This document shows, in pieces, positions 50,584-64,000 of a stretch of 64,000 nucleotides of DNA (its first letter is position 1; the number at the start of each line of letters is the position of its first letter). The notes under the pieces are model-generated. The model was not told the origin of the DNA. It did not search any database and was given only the letters and a program-made list of their open reading frames with translations. This DNA is from Camelus dromedarius. Lineage: Eukaryota. Made by a program: the position numbers and the translations under genes. The stretch covers positions 87,980,001-88,044,000 of the forward strand of contig NC_087436.1 in the NCBI RefSeq assembly GCF_036321535.1, written 5' to 3'.

Positions 50584-53500
50584 GTAAAGTAAAATGTATT
50601 TTCAATCCTTTAAAAAGTATTTTAGGAAAGTAAAATTATTTTTACAAATATGAATTCTAGTGAGCATAGATCTTTATTTTGAAAATCAAGTTTAAATATT
50701 TAAATGTTTAATACAGTAAAAATATAATTGGCCTAAATTGTTTTAGTATCAAAATTTTTGCTTTGAGTTTGGATGGAGAAATATGGATTGCTATAAATCA
50801 AGATAAAGACATTAATAAAAGTTAACAGTTTGGTGATCTTGGTGAAAATATTTTTGTGATGAAGGGTTATATTTATTGGAAAAAATGTTACTGCTGCAAC
50901 CTATAGGGTATGTAAGTGAAAAATAAGATAGTGAGTTTTATCTATCACCATAGAAATCACTTAAACTAAAAAAAAAAGTCCCATTCTTTTTTTCTAAAGA
51001 TAGTGGATATATGGGGTGAAATATAAGAAAGTCACATTTTTTTAATGTAATGATTATTTTTGTGTACTAGTACCTTTATTTCATATAATCCTGCAAAGTT
51101 GAATATAATGTCTTTTAAAGTTTGAAAAGGTGATATTCATTATGTGTTCAGAGGAAAATTAGGTTTGCATATAGTAACTAGCAAATGTTAAAAGAAAAGA
51201 AAATCCTTTAGGAAGAAGATGGAAGAATGCCTAAGTTTAAAAATTTTGACTAAAGCACTTTAAAATGTTCTGTACAATAATGAATTTTTTTTATTTTGGG
51301 GAATATATAACTGCTCACATAAATTAATACAATATTTAGTAGAAAGAAGAGATTTTCTATAAACCCTCTGAATCTGATATACATTTCTGTGAATATCTTA
51401 ATATGTTCATAAACATTTTTATTTATAGAATTTTAAAGTGAGACTTACTATCTGATACTTTTTCGTTTAGCACATCATAAACATCTTTCTGTCTTATTTA
51501 AAAAGCATTCCATTGTCTGGATGTAATAATTTATTCAATCACTCCCTTCTCGATGAATATTTAGAGTGACTTTAATCTTTAGTTATTAAAATAATTATGT
51601 AATTATACTCATTTATATATTAGTTTATACCTTTGTGTGATTGCTTCTTAGTATAAATTTCTATGTTCACTTAAAATTTTGATAGACAATGTTAAGTTAC
51701 CTTTCAAAAACTTCTCAATTTAAGCTCCCCAGGGCTACGTGTGAGTACCTCTATTTCTTTGTATTCTCCCTAATACTATTTCTTGTCTGTTTAAAGAATA
51801 GGGTTATATTTAGGAGAAACCATACTTTCTGTTTTAAAAAATTATGTAAAAGAGAGAAGAAGGCACTTTTAAGTTTTAAAAAGAAATATATATTGATATC
51901 TAGAATATACTAGTATTAGAAGTCATTTTTTATACTCTTATTTGGATGGATGAAGTGGAGATGAGGCCATTGATGGATTAGTGCTTCTTAATTTCAGTTA
52001 AAAATCTCTAAATCATTTAGTGTTTCATTTTGTGTTTAACAGTGTATATATACATAAGTGAAAAATATGAATATATTAATACATGCAGTTATTTGTTATT
52101 AAAAATTTACTTTCTTTAACTTTCAGTCTTGAACCATTTGATTGTTTTCTTCACTATACCACAGCATATATAAGCGGACCTGGTGTTTAAATGTAATATG
52201 CTATGCCCATTAGTTTAATATGACTCTCTTTTTTTTTGACTATCTTACACATTTTAACACAGCATATATGTTATAAAGTGTAATAAGATTTTGTAACTTA
52301 TATTAATTTGCAAATAAGCACTCAGTTTAATGATTAAGGATTTTCTACACTGTATATCTTTTTACCAATCACAGTCAAAATAAAGAAAAATCATAGAATA
52401 CTGAAGAACCTGTTGTTTGAAATTTCAGCAGCTATGTCCTCTGGAATAGCTCTCTTCAGTTTTTCTCTTCAAACATAAAATTTAACTTTAGGGGATGACT
52501 ATTAAAATTAACTTAAAGGACTTCTTTGGGAATATCTGTAGAGAGATTTGTTTTCTTAAATTTCAATCTGCTGATAAGGCCCTTTTCTTGAGTCTCAAGA
52601 TTTGATACTAAATTTGTAGTCTACATAAGAAAAAAACCCACATGGTTTGCAACAGTCTGTACATAGGTTACTTGCGACTGAGCATGAATGAATTTTACTT
52701 CCTGTTTACTGGTGGTTCTGGAATAGTTATAATGCAGTAGTTTATCCAGAAATCATACAAAGAACTGGCACAGCTCTCCTAAGGGGTATTACAGTTTTGC
52801 TCATTTAATGAGAAATCAAGAGTATGAAGAGATTTCATATCAATAATGCAAAGAAGGAAGTATTCTTTTAGAGAAAAACTGGTATATAATCTCATAGCTT
52901 TATACTTGTTACCAACTTCTTTCATTATTAATTCAAAAATTTAAAAGTTATTTCTAAGAGATGTTAGACAAGATTGTAATATGGATTGATAATTACACTT
53001 TGTGAGAGGATCAATTGAGAATAAGTTAGTTTGCAATATATATAAATTTTCCTGCTACTTTTAGCTCCAGAAATATTTATAGATGCTTATGGTTTCTTTA
53101 ACAAAAATTCTTTAGTTAAAAGAATATAGTTATTTTTATAACACTGGTTAGATAAGCTGATTAAGTGAATAGCTGTTTCACATGATTTTTACAAAAACAA
53201 TTAAGACTCACATTAAGATACTGTTTTCATTCTATTACCCAGTGTTAATGACTCCATGGGACATAAACATTTAAATAGTATACTAGTATACCTCTCTTGA
53301 GATATTCAGCACAATTCACTACTAGGGACAAACCAAAACGTAGCATTTGTTATGTAAAATTCCAAATGCCTTTTAATTGAGTTTTAAAGGCTGCTATCTG
53401 TATTTGACTAGCGAAGAAGGGGGGATGCTAACTATTACTAACTGGATTTCCTTAATATGTGATCTTTTCAGTTTAATTTTTGCAGAACCATTGCTCTCAG

Positions 53501-53645
53501 TGGTTAGATTTTGTATCTCCAAAACAGCTCATTTTTGTTTGATACATACATCCCGTATTGGGTAGAGAAATAACAGGGCAGGCTAGTTTCTTTTTAGAAA
53601 GGAATGAGATGAGTAGAGAATGATTTTGTATGTGTGTCTATGTTA

Positions 53646-54537
53646 TTTATTTTTTAAATTGAAGTATAATTGATTTACAATGTTATATTAGTTTCTGGTG
53701 TACAACAAAGTGAGATACACACACACACACACACACACACACATATTATGTGTTCTTTTTCATATGCTTTTCCATTAGTTTATTTCAGGATATTGAATAT
53801 AGTTCCCTGTGCTATAGGGTAGGACCTTGTTCATTATCTATTTCATATATAGTAGTTTGTATCTGCTAATCCCAAACTCCTAATTTATCCCTCCCCAAGC
53901 CCCTTTCCCCTTTGGTAACCATAAGTTTATTTTCTATGTAAGTCTGTTTCTGTTTTGCAAATAAGTTCATTTGCCTCATTTTTTTAGATTCTACATATAA
54001 GTGATATGTGATATTTGTCCTTCTCTGACTCACTTCGCTTAATATGATAATCTTAAGGTCCATCCATGTTGCTGCAAATGACATTATTTTATTCTTTCTA
54101 TAGCTGAGTGGTATTTCACTGTATATATATTTACACATACACACATACACACATCACATCTTCTTTATCCAGTCATCTGTTGATGGACATTTAGGTTGCT
54201 TCCATGTCTTGGTTGTTGTAAATAGTGCTGCTGTGAACATTAGGGTGCATGTATCTTTTTGAATTAGAGTTTTCTCCAGATAAATGCCCAGGAGTGGGAT
54301 TGCTGGATCATATGGCAACTCTATTTTTAGTTTTTAAGGAATCTCCATAGTGTTTTCCACAGTGGCGGCACCAATTTACATTTCCACAACAGTGTAGGAT
54401 GGTTCCCTTTTCTCTACACCCTCTCCAACATTTGTTATTTGTAGACTTTTTGATGATGACCATTCTAACTGGTGTGAGGTGGTACCTCATTGTAGTTTTG
54501 ATTTGCATTTCTCTAATAATTAGCGATGTTGAGCATC
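53646..54537 (-). mobile_element. Relatively young 5'-truncated L1 3' end with a (CA)n tract at about 53718-53742
   Basis: Minus ORFs [36 protein letters not shown] (ORF2 C-terminal CCHC region) and IMSFAATWMDLKIIILSEVSQ; typical L1 3' UTR. Confidence 0.93.
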
Positions 54538-57043
54538 GAGTAAAGAATAACTTAAGTGTTTAGAGACTGGACTATTAATAGGGAGTTTAGAGAAGGTCCT
54601 GGGAGAAAATTGAGATGAGGTTTTCTTCTGTCACTTCAAATGCTTATACTGATTACAGACTAAAGGAGATAAAATAATCATTTGGAATTAAAAGTTTGCT
54701 GGGTAGGGCAATGTCATGGAAGAACTTGAGCTCCAAATAATAATCCGTCTGCTATGGAATTTCTGGCTTGACCTTGTTCTCATTGTGTAAGTATGTGAAG
54801 GAGTTCAGGAATTCTTGCTTATACAAATGGGATTTGGAAGTGTTGGGCTTTGCTTTCATAGTGTCTGAAATCAAGTAAGATCTCTTACTTAAGAGAACCT
54901 TTGGAGTACTTTTCAAGCTGAACTCATGGGAGGATATAGGAGAAGCCTTATGGGTGATTATTATATTCATGCCTTGTCTGAGTCTGTAAGAATTTTCATG
55001 ATAGAGGAAAAATATTGGGAAGACCTACAGGCACGATGAGTGCGAGGCAATGAAGTATTGAGAACGGAGTGGAGTGAGGCCTTGATCCAAACTGACCTGA
55101 GCTCCACTGGTGACTGGCTGTGTGTCCTTGAAGAGGTTACTTAACCTCTCTAGGCCAGTTGACCTCACTTATCAATTGGAATGATACCTTTTTTGTACCA
55201 TTGTTTTCAAGACTACCAAAAATGGCAATAAAATTCATACATGGTTCAATTCATGGTGGTTATTATTATTTTCAAAAACTTTTGGATTTTTGACTTGGAG
55301 GTAGAATTTAACTTAGAATTTGTCTTTGGAGCGTTCTATCATAGAAAACATTCTAGGAATTTGGATCTAGGTCTTTCATTGTGTCTAATTCCAAACCATT
55401 TTAGCATGTGATTTATAGCTACATGACAGTTCATGGGAGCTTGAGTTGCAACACTTTCTCCCCTGCTTTCCTTCTTTTTCCCAGTATGTGCTTTTCCAAA
55501 TACCTACTGCCAAATGATTGTGTGATTCAGATACAAAGGCTTTTAGAAGTGAGTGCAACAGTATTGCTTCTCTAATAGTTTCTCTAGGCTGTTCTTAAAG
55601 TTAGCCTAACACTTCTTAAGAAGGGTCATTTTAGACTGTCTCCTAAGTTACATGGTTGTATATTTTAAATAACTGGGGCAGTTAAGTATGGCTAGAATTA
55701 GGGTCAGGGTCTTCTTCCATGGCTTTTAGAGTGGACTTGCAAGAAACTTAACTGAAATAAAGTTGCATCTGTCTCCTTTTTTAAGAGGCCTGGAATAGCT
55801 TCCTCTCTATCCCGCTTACTCTGCTGTTTCCTCATCACAAAACTGCTATTTATCCAGTCTGTACTGGTTTGGTGATACTGGTAAAATATTTTGGTTTCTC
55901 ATATCTGTTGATCTGTAGCTCCTGCTACATCCCTTCCACAAGTGCTTGGGCTGCTTTAGCCATCCTGCCCTACCCCAGGACCCTCTTTGACCGCTCCAGG
56001 TTTCATCAACTAAAGGGTGAGTCCTAGGCACACCAGGGCCCTCAGGCCACACCTCTACTCTGAGGCTGGGTTTGTAAACTGTCACTTACCATACTTTCCT
56101 AGTGGCTGACTATTTTGATGATCACCCTTCCTTATTCTCACTTAGAGAAGCAAAAGGAAGGAGGTATTATGTCTAAGATAAAGCAATTGAAACAAAAGGG
56201 GGATAAGAAAAATATAAAATATTAGGCAAAAATACTGAAATAATGTGTACAAAGATGCATAAAAATGTTAAAAAAAACAGTATCAATATCAGAAGATTCT
56301 AAAAAAATAACAGGTTAAAAAAATGCACAGTAAAATAGGTTAAGATGACTAAGGCTCAATGTGAATTTAAAATGTAACTAAAAGACTATACCAGAAAGGT
56401 TAAACAAAAATAAAGTGTGCTATAAAAGGAAGTCAGGAAGCAACTGTACAGTCCAAAGGTTAACTCCATCCACCTACAAATAGTGGCCTTTGGGTTGAGG
56501 CAACTATACATAGTTATAAGCTTCCAATCCTGGTTACTTCCTGAAACTGGAACTCCGCAGGGGGGATAGAAGGCTCTGTGTGACTGTCCTTGGGGTTGAA
56601 TAGTTTCCCTCACCCCCAACCTCAGTTACTTATTCTCTGTCATTGTAGCCTCTATTATTACATTTAATACACAAGGATTCTTTCTTTCACCAGATAGTGA
56701 GTTCTTTGAGAACTGAGTTGGTCTTATTAATGTGGGTACCCCAGAGCTTAGCCCAATGGCAGGCAACTTGGTAAGCGGTTATTAAATGTTTGTTGAGTGT
56801 TAGTCTTCTGGCTTTTGGTTCTTGTCCTTTATGTTCTAGAGCAAGTTTTTACTTGTTACCGAGAGCTGCTGTCAGTTGCCATATTTAGCCCACTGACTTT
56901 TTCCTTCAAAACCATCTAGCACATTGCTCAGTGGGCAGTAGTTCCTAAGGCAAAACCTGCCTTCCATTAGTTTGAAAATGAAAAGAGAGAGAGAGAGAGA
57001 GAGGAAAAAAACACCCTTCAAAGCAAGCAAAAGATAATCTAGA

Positions 57044-57265
57044 AGAGAGATTGGCAAACTTTTTCTGTAAAGGGCCAGACAGTAAATATTTTAGGATTTA
57101 CAGGCCATATGTCTCTGTCACAAGTACTCAGCTCTGACTTCATAGAGCAAAAAGAGTCAGATGAAATGTGAATGAATATGTGTGGCTATGTCCCAGTATA
57201 CCTCTATTTACAAAAACAGGTGATGAACCAGATTTGGCCTGTGGGGCAAAGTGTTCCAGCCCCTA
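57044..57265. mobile_element. MER58A-like hAT-Charlie MITE
   Basis: 'ttggcaaactttttctgtaaagggccagacagtaaatattttagg...tatttacaaaaacaggtg...gatttggcctgtgggg'. Confidence 0.88.
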
Positions 57266-58864
57266 AGCTAGGATATGGAAAGGCTATTGCTACCATCAGA
57301 GAGCTACATGCGGATAATTTACCTGGGAAATAGAGAATGGAACCTTTGAAGAAGGGATCCACTATTATACTTATTTCCTTGGAGTAGTGTTTTATCTGTA
57401 GTAGGTGTTCAGTAAATACTTACTAATTTGATTTGGGATCCAACTATGCCACTTGTCCTCCCTGGGCTTCCATTGTCTCATCTGAAGTTTAAGGGATTAT
57501 GCTACGTGATCTTTAAGGCTCTCCAGTTAAAAAAAATCTGTGATTCTTTGACTGTTTGAGAAAGGCCAGGTGGTTTATTCTTTAAAGATAACAATTGTTG
57601 GCTTAACACACTTCCTTTATGGCCTTAGTATCCTGATGTGGAGTTCTGAAATCGTTGCTTTTTATTAGTCATTTTGTTTTATGGTCCTTTCCACAATGGA
57701 ACTCATTGTCCACTTGGCTATACCTGTACCTTCCACCCACTTCTGTCACCCCATACTGCCACATACATGGATAGAGTACACACTTTGTATAAGCTGGTAT
57801 ATATTTCTAGTTTGCATGATGTGGAAACTTAAAAAAAAAAAAACTCTGAAAAATTCTTCATAAGGAATGCAGAAAAATTATCTTTATTAGTTCTTAGGAT
57901 TCTGAATTTTCCCAGTCTCTATTTTTAAACAAGTATAGATGTGTGCTAAAAATGACATAAGCAAGATAATGATGTTTTTATATTAGTATAATTTAAAGTA
58001 GCTCTTCTTAAGCTTTGATGTGCTTAAGAATGACCTAGGGGATCTTATAAAGAAGTAGGTTCTGATTTACCAGGTTTAGAGAGATTTTAAAGAATGTTAA
58101 GATTATACAGGTAGGTTCTTCCAAATCAGTGTTAATATAGTGCATAATGAATAAGCTTGACCACGCATAAACATTTTCCTGTGTTTTGAGCTTGCCCATT
58201 TAATTGCACTGGACAATCTCTTCATCCTTTCTTCCTCATACTGCTGCTACTCCCCTTCCTAAGTGTAATTATTTTCTTCATATGTGGTTGACTCTGCAGT
58301 TTGACACTTCTTTTCCTTTCCTCATTCTGACTCTTCTTCTTATACCTTATTACAGCTTTGCCAACTCACCCCTTTGTTTCAAAACTAAGAGTGATATAAA
58401 AGGTGGCCCTAACAATAAAACCCTCTAATTGATTGAAAACTTATTATGCTACTGACAATGTAGGAAAAATTCAGAAAGACAAGTGTTGGCAGGAAGTAGT
58501 GAGCCTTTACTTTGCAATAGTGCTTCATGGGTAAGGTGACCATTGATCTCCATTGACCTTGGACAGTTAATTGTTGACATCTCTATTCTGGCATGTTGTT
58601 AATAGTTAGTGCCTATTTTCATACTCAAAAAAGTTCTGCTTTGGACAATACATTTTATGTTCAGCCTTATTCATGGTTCATAGAATTTTACCTATTCTTT
58701 CCCAGTAGGAGGGACCAATTGTAACACATATACTCTTTTCTTCTCAATACATCTGTATACCATATAATGAAAGTTTCTTAGTATTCATACTTCTAGTTTC
58801 TTTTGGGGCAGTGAATATACACTGTGTGTGTTGTAAAAATAGATATCCAGTAACTAGCCATTTT

Positions 58865-59048
58865 AAAAAAATCATTTGCTATTTTTTTTTAAGTTGTTTT
58901 TTTCCTTTTAGGGGGTGGGGAGGTAATTCAGTTTTTAAAATTTATTTATTTATTTATTTATTTATTTATTTGGAGCTACTGGGGATTGAACCCAAAACCT
59001 CTTGCACACTAAGCATGCACTCTACCACTTGAGCTGTACCCTCCCACC
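58865..59048 (-). mobile_element. tRNA-derived camelid SINE (vic-1-like)
   Basis: 'tactggggattgaacccaaaacctcttgcacactaagcatgcactctaccacttgagctgtaccctccc' with a (ttta)n tail; TSD ccagtaactagcc at 58847-58859 and 59049-59061. Confidence 0.92.
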
Positions 59049-60869
59049 CCAGTAACTAGCCTTTTGAATAGAAAATTTATATCTGGTTTTTTATTACCAG
59101 TATCTTCAAAAATTATTACAGGCAATTAAAAATAATTTCTGATGTCTAGAGTTCTTAAGATTTCAAGGATCAATTTTAAGTATATTCAGAAATAGATTTT
59201 TTTCATTCAAGAAATAATAATATCTTAGCCCTGGGCCAAATGATAGCAAATTGGTATGGTTTGTGAGGGCAGAGAAGGAAGTATGATTACAGGGTCTGGA
59301 CTGCTTCATTTTAAGCAGAGGAAGCAATTTTTTTGTTTTACGTGTGAAATATATAAAAAGAACTTAAATCAAAAGCTAGGAATAAGTTGGCTATTAATAA
59401 ATTATCCTGTGTCAAGAAGGTAACAGTAATGGTATCTTATGGCATACCCAAGTAATATAATTGCTGCGTAGGTAACCACTCCCCAGATTACTGAGCTCAG
59501 TTAACATGTTTCTTCATTGGTTTTATGTTGCTAATTTGTGAATATACTGATGCATTAATCCAATCTATGACATTTGTATAAAACTTATTTTTGTTAGACA
59601 CTCTTTTATAGCTATTACCATTAATTTAGAAACTTGATTTATACTTTTAAAATAAGCAGTTAATTTGGACATGACCCAAAACCTTTCTCTCCAGAAATCT
59701 AGATGGAATTCTGGTCCTTGTGTGTCAGGAACAAAATTCCCCTCATTATTTACTTGATTATTCCATTTGCTCTTTCACAGTGCTGTATTTGAATCATTGT
59801 TCTTTTTTGTTTGTTTGCTTTTATTTTCCATTTCAGCTGAATTCATTAATTCGCAGTTATTGTTGGCTAGCATGTACTTGAAAATAATGAATTCAGTACC
59901 CACCCCTCTTCCATAAATGGAGAAGACGTTGGAGAGCTTGTGGGATTAGCTGTCTGTTTTCCTCTTCCGTCTCTGTGTTCTCCTGACATCCCTTTTGTCC
60001 TTTAGACTTATGTTGCCAAAACCCTTCTTGATGTGACCTACCTGGCTACTCTGTTTAGTACCACTGTCTACCCATTCACCTAAGCCTAGGTGTCACTTTT
60101 GAGTATTTCAGCTTTACTTTTTTTTAAAAAAACACTATCAGTCACCAAATATATCAAGAAGTATCTATTCCGGGAAAACATGGAATCTGTCTTTTTATTC
60201 CCATCTTTATTGCTCTTTTCTCAATTATTCTCAGTATGTATACTATTTATCGTTTTAGTCCTTATCTCTCACCTCCACAATTTAGATAGCCCACTGACTT
60301 TCACTGTGTCCCCCTCAAGCCCTTTCTCCACCCAACCTGTCAGGTTGGTCTGTCTGACTTTGTTCCTGCTCAGAACTTATCTATAGTATCCGATTATTGA
60401 CCTCAGTATTTCTTGGAGCCCTATGGGTATTTCAGGGATTCTGTGAGAGTCTCCTCAGGCAAGTGGGTAGGACTCTGGTGCTCTAACCTGGGTCAGCCAG
60501 AGTTTAATTTTAATCTGTTTTCCTTTTGGGAGTTAGGCATATTCATTCTTCAGAAGAAGTACCACTGCTGAACAGATTTAAGATTTGATACTTTCCCTCA
60601 GAGTGGCCATCTCTGATCATGCTATCCCAGCAGGTCCTCCTCTGTTTTCCCTTTATTGCCTTCATAGCAACTTTATCACAACTATTTATTTTATATTTGG
60701 ATCTGTGTATGTGGGGACACATACCCACACATAGCACACACTGTCTCCACCATTGGATCCTAATCTTCCCAAGGGCACAAAAATTTATTTTATTTACTAA
60801 GCTATCCTTTTAGCATCTGGCATGATGCTTCCACACAGTGTTTAGATCATTTATATTTAATGTAATTAG

Positions 60870-62560
60870 TGACAGGGTTGGGTTTAAATCTGTTTTGCTT
60901 TTGTTTCCTATTTGTCCCATCTGTTATGTTTTCTTTTTTCCTCTCCTCCCTTGCCTTCTTCTGGATTAACTGTATATTTTTTAGTATTCTAATTTATTCT
61001 ACTGTTGGGTTATTATCTCTCTTTTTTAAAAAAATTAGTTGCTGTGAGGCTTACAAAAGGAATTTCAACATACAGTCTACTTTCAAATAATAGCATAACA
61101 TTTTATGTAGAATGTAAGACTTGAAACTTATACTTCTTTTTCTCCCCTCCATCCTTTGGGCTGTTGTAGTCAAATATTTTATTTCTATATATATTATAAA
61201 CCTGATAGTATGTTGTTAACCACTTTTGCTTTAAGCAGTCAATTAACATAAAGAAATTTAAGGGGAGAAGAGAATAGCTCAGTGGTGGAGCACATGCTTA
61301 GCATGTACAAGGTTCTGGGTTCAATCCTCAGTACCTCCATTTAAAAACATTAATTAAAAAAATTTTTTAAAGGAGAAATAAAAAGTTATCTCCTTATCTG
61401 TAAATGTACCATTTTTAACACTTTTCATCATTTGTTTTCAACAATATTGTTTGGATGCAGGTTTCATCCTCTATAATTTTATTTCTGCCTTAAGAACTTT
61501 AACATTTTTTTGTTTGCAGATCTGTTGGTGACAAATTCTTTCAGTTCTTGTCTGTCTTAGAAAAGTTTTTGCTTGATCTTTGCAAGATTTTTCACTGAAT
61601 ATAGAATTGTAGGTCATTAGTTTTATGCTTTCAACTTTTCGGTTATATCATTCCAACTTCTGCTTTGTATACTTTCAGATTAAACATTTGTGTTCATTTT
61701 TATCTTTGTTCCTCTGTATGTAATTTATCATTTTCTTCAACTGCTTTAAAGATTTTCTTTTTCATTGGTTTTCAGCAGTTTGCTTATTGTGTACCTTGGC
61801 GTGTGTTTTTGGTATGTGTATTTATTCTTGCTTGAAGTTTGATGAGAGTTTTGGATTTGAAAGTTTATAGTCTTCATCAATTTTAGAAAGTGTTTTATCA
61901 TTATTTCTTCAAATAGTGTTTCCTCTTTACTCCTCTGAAATTCCAACTACACATATGTTAGACTATTTGATGTTGTTCCAAAAGTCACTGAGGCTTTGTT
62001 CTTTTTTTTTTTTTTCTCTTATTTTGTTATCTGGGCTTCACCTTGGAGAGTTATTTCCATTTCTCCAAGTTTACTGATCTTTCTTACATAGAATCTAATT
62101 TTCTCTTGGTCTCACCCATTCAATTTATTGTTTTAGATATTGCACATTTTATCTCTCAAAGTCCTCTTTGTGTCTATTTTTAGATCTTCTATTTTCTCAT
62201 TGTGTTTATTTTTCCTTTAAGTCTTTAAGCTGTTTGTTATGGCTTTTTAAAAAGTCCATATGCAAACTTTATCATTTCTATTGACTGATTTTATGGGCCT
62301 CATTTTTTTTTATCTCTTGACACATTATTTTCTACTTCTTGACAGATAATTTGGACATTGTAAATGTGACATTGTTGAGAGCTGGATTTTGTAACATTCT
62401 TTTAAAGAGTATTGTTCTTTGTCTGGAAGGCAGTTACTTGCAGGTAGCTCAATACTTTTAGGCTTGTTTTGGATCTGTTGAAGCTATGTTAAGGAGGGTT
62501 TAAAGTATCCATTAGCCCCATTAGTAAGGCCATGACCCTTCTGGAGTATCTACAGAATGC
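60870..62560 (-). mobile_element. Old L1 5'/ORF1 region
   Basis: Minus ORF 61746-61946 FEEIMIKHFLKLMKTINFQIQNSHQT...TPRYTISKLLKTNEKENL resembles L1 ORF1p (FEEIMAENFPNL...TPRHIIIKLLK..DKEKIL). Confidence 0.8.
61262..61365 (+). mobile_element. tRNA-derived camelid SINE (vic-1-like)
   Basis: 'atagctcagtggtggagcacatgcttagcatgtacaaggttctgggttcaatcctcagtacctcc' plus A-rich tail. Confidence 0.9.
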
Positions 62561-62882
62561 CCTGGGTTTCTCAGCTTTTCTTTGTTTTTGATGACATTGA
62601 TAATGTTGAAGAGTATTAGTTAGGTGTTTTGTAGACTGTTCAATTCAGGTTTATTTGATGTTTTTTCATGGTTAGACTAGGATTATGGGTTTTGGGGGGG
62701 AAGAACATGAGGTAAAGTGCCATCTCCATCATATCATATCAAGAATGTGTACTCTTGACTTTATCACTGATGATTGAACCCTTTGGAAGGAAGTCACTAA
62801 GTATAGCCCACACTTTTAAGGGTTGGGGAGTAATTCTCCTTGAGGGTGACATATCTATATAAATTATTTGGAATTTATGAAC

Positions 62883-63400
62883 ATGCGTTAGAGGTCCCCA
62901 AGACCATCTCAGATTTAATGACCTGCTGGAAGGACTCAGAACACAGAATATAGTTGTACTCACAGCTATGATTTATTATACCATAAGGATACTAAGCAAA
63001 GTCAGCAAAATGAAAAGGTACATGGGCTGAAATCCAGGGGACCCAGGCACAGGCTTCTAGAGAATCTCCCAGTAGCATCGTAGAGTTGGCAACTGATTCC
63101 CTAGAATTGAGCTGCAACACCACAGGTGGACTTCCCAATCAGGAAAACTCTGCCCAGGACTTTTATTGGAGCTGATTACATGGCACATACCCAATTTTAG
63201 ACTCCCTGAAGGAAGAAGTTGTTCAGCATAAACTATATTGTTTGTATCAATAATTTAGGCATAATGAGCCAGTCTTATCAGTTCTGGGAATGGTGGGCCC
63301 GTCTTAAAATTTAAGTTCTTTGATGCTAGCCAAGGGCCAATTTTGTAAGCAGGCCTTTCAGAGAATATCAGTCAAGCCTGTTAGGTTAACTCTTCTGTAC
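62883..63400. mobile_element. MER21-like LTR inserted in an L1MC 3' fragment (about 62560-63700)
   Basis: 'ggtccccaagaccatctcagatttaatgacctgctggaaggactcag' start; 'gctagccaagggccaattttgtaagcaggcctttc...ttaactctt' end. Confidence 0.75.
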
Positions 63401-64000
63401 AATGTGAGATTTGTCTTTTCTTCTTTATTTATTTCATCCTTTATTTATTTAAGTATAGACTCTTGGATATTTACTTTATACTTTGGGGTATATTCCAAAA
63501 CTATGTTGTTTATTTTGTTGCTGAAAGTGTTAGCTTTGTCTCTTGGCAGCTCTTTCAGTTGGCTCCCATATCTCTTTGACATACCCACATTATCCTGTTT
63601 TGAGCCCTTTCCTATTTTCTGGCCTTACAAGATGTTCCAGGCTCTAGCCCTAGAATTAGCCATTTCTCCCAAGGAGCTCTGCTTTCTTTTTGTTAATGAA
63701 GTTTTAAAATTTTTAAACAGATTCATTGTGGAAAATTTGGGAAATACAGAGAGACGAAAGTAGAAGTAAATGCACTAAAAAGTAAATATTAACTACTGAT
63801 ATAATTATAGATATTTACTGTTAATGTTTTGTTGTATTGTTTGATGAGGTTTCAAAGCAAAATATGAAGTGATCTTTACAGCCTTTTTTGTTTTTTCTTT
63901 TTTACATTTCATGTGTGATGCTAATTATCTAGTAGACCTTAGAGTATCTTTCCTTCCATAGCTAAAGCTGTCTTTTCTCTTTTCAATGAGGCTGAAATCT

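Noticed and set aside
59911..59920. Perfect CArG box CCATAAATGG
   Set aside because: A single 10-bp degenerate motif is expected by chance in 64 kb of AT-rich DNA.

Overview
AT-rich mammalian genomic DNA, most likely a camelid (alpaca/llama/camel): it carries seven copies of a tRNA-derived SINE resembling the camelid vic-1 family. Much of the window is decayed interspersed repeat (L1, L2, L3/CR1, MIR, MaLR/ERVL LTRs, MER58A, Tigger3). The long L1 copies are mostly on the minus strand and several isolated plus-strand exon candidates exist (28003-28180, 47396-47529, 50382-50583), so the window probably lies in the large 5' introns of a plus-strand gene I cannot name. The only identifiable gene-derived sequence is a FABP5 processed pseudogene (about 25947-26555, minus strand, with poly(A) and target-site duplication). 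The most striking unexplained element is a ~930-bp orphan insertion (36921-37853) bounded by an exact 11-bp direct repeat. Its minus strand reads as a decayed ~300-codon frame with by-eye motif spacing reminiscent of a mononegavirus nucleoprotein, making it a candidate non-retroviral endogenous viral element. Repeat subfamily names and most repeat boundaries are from memory of consensus sequences and are approximate; no searches were run.
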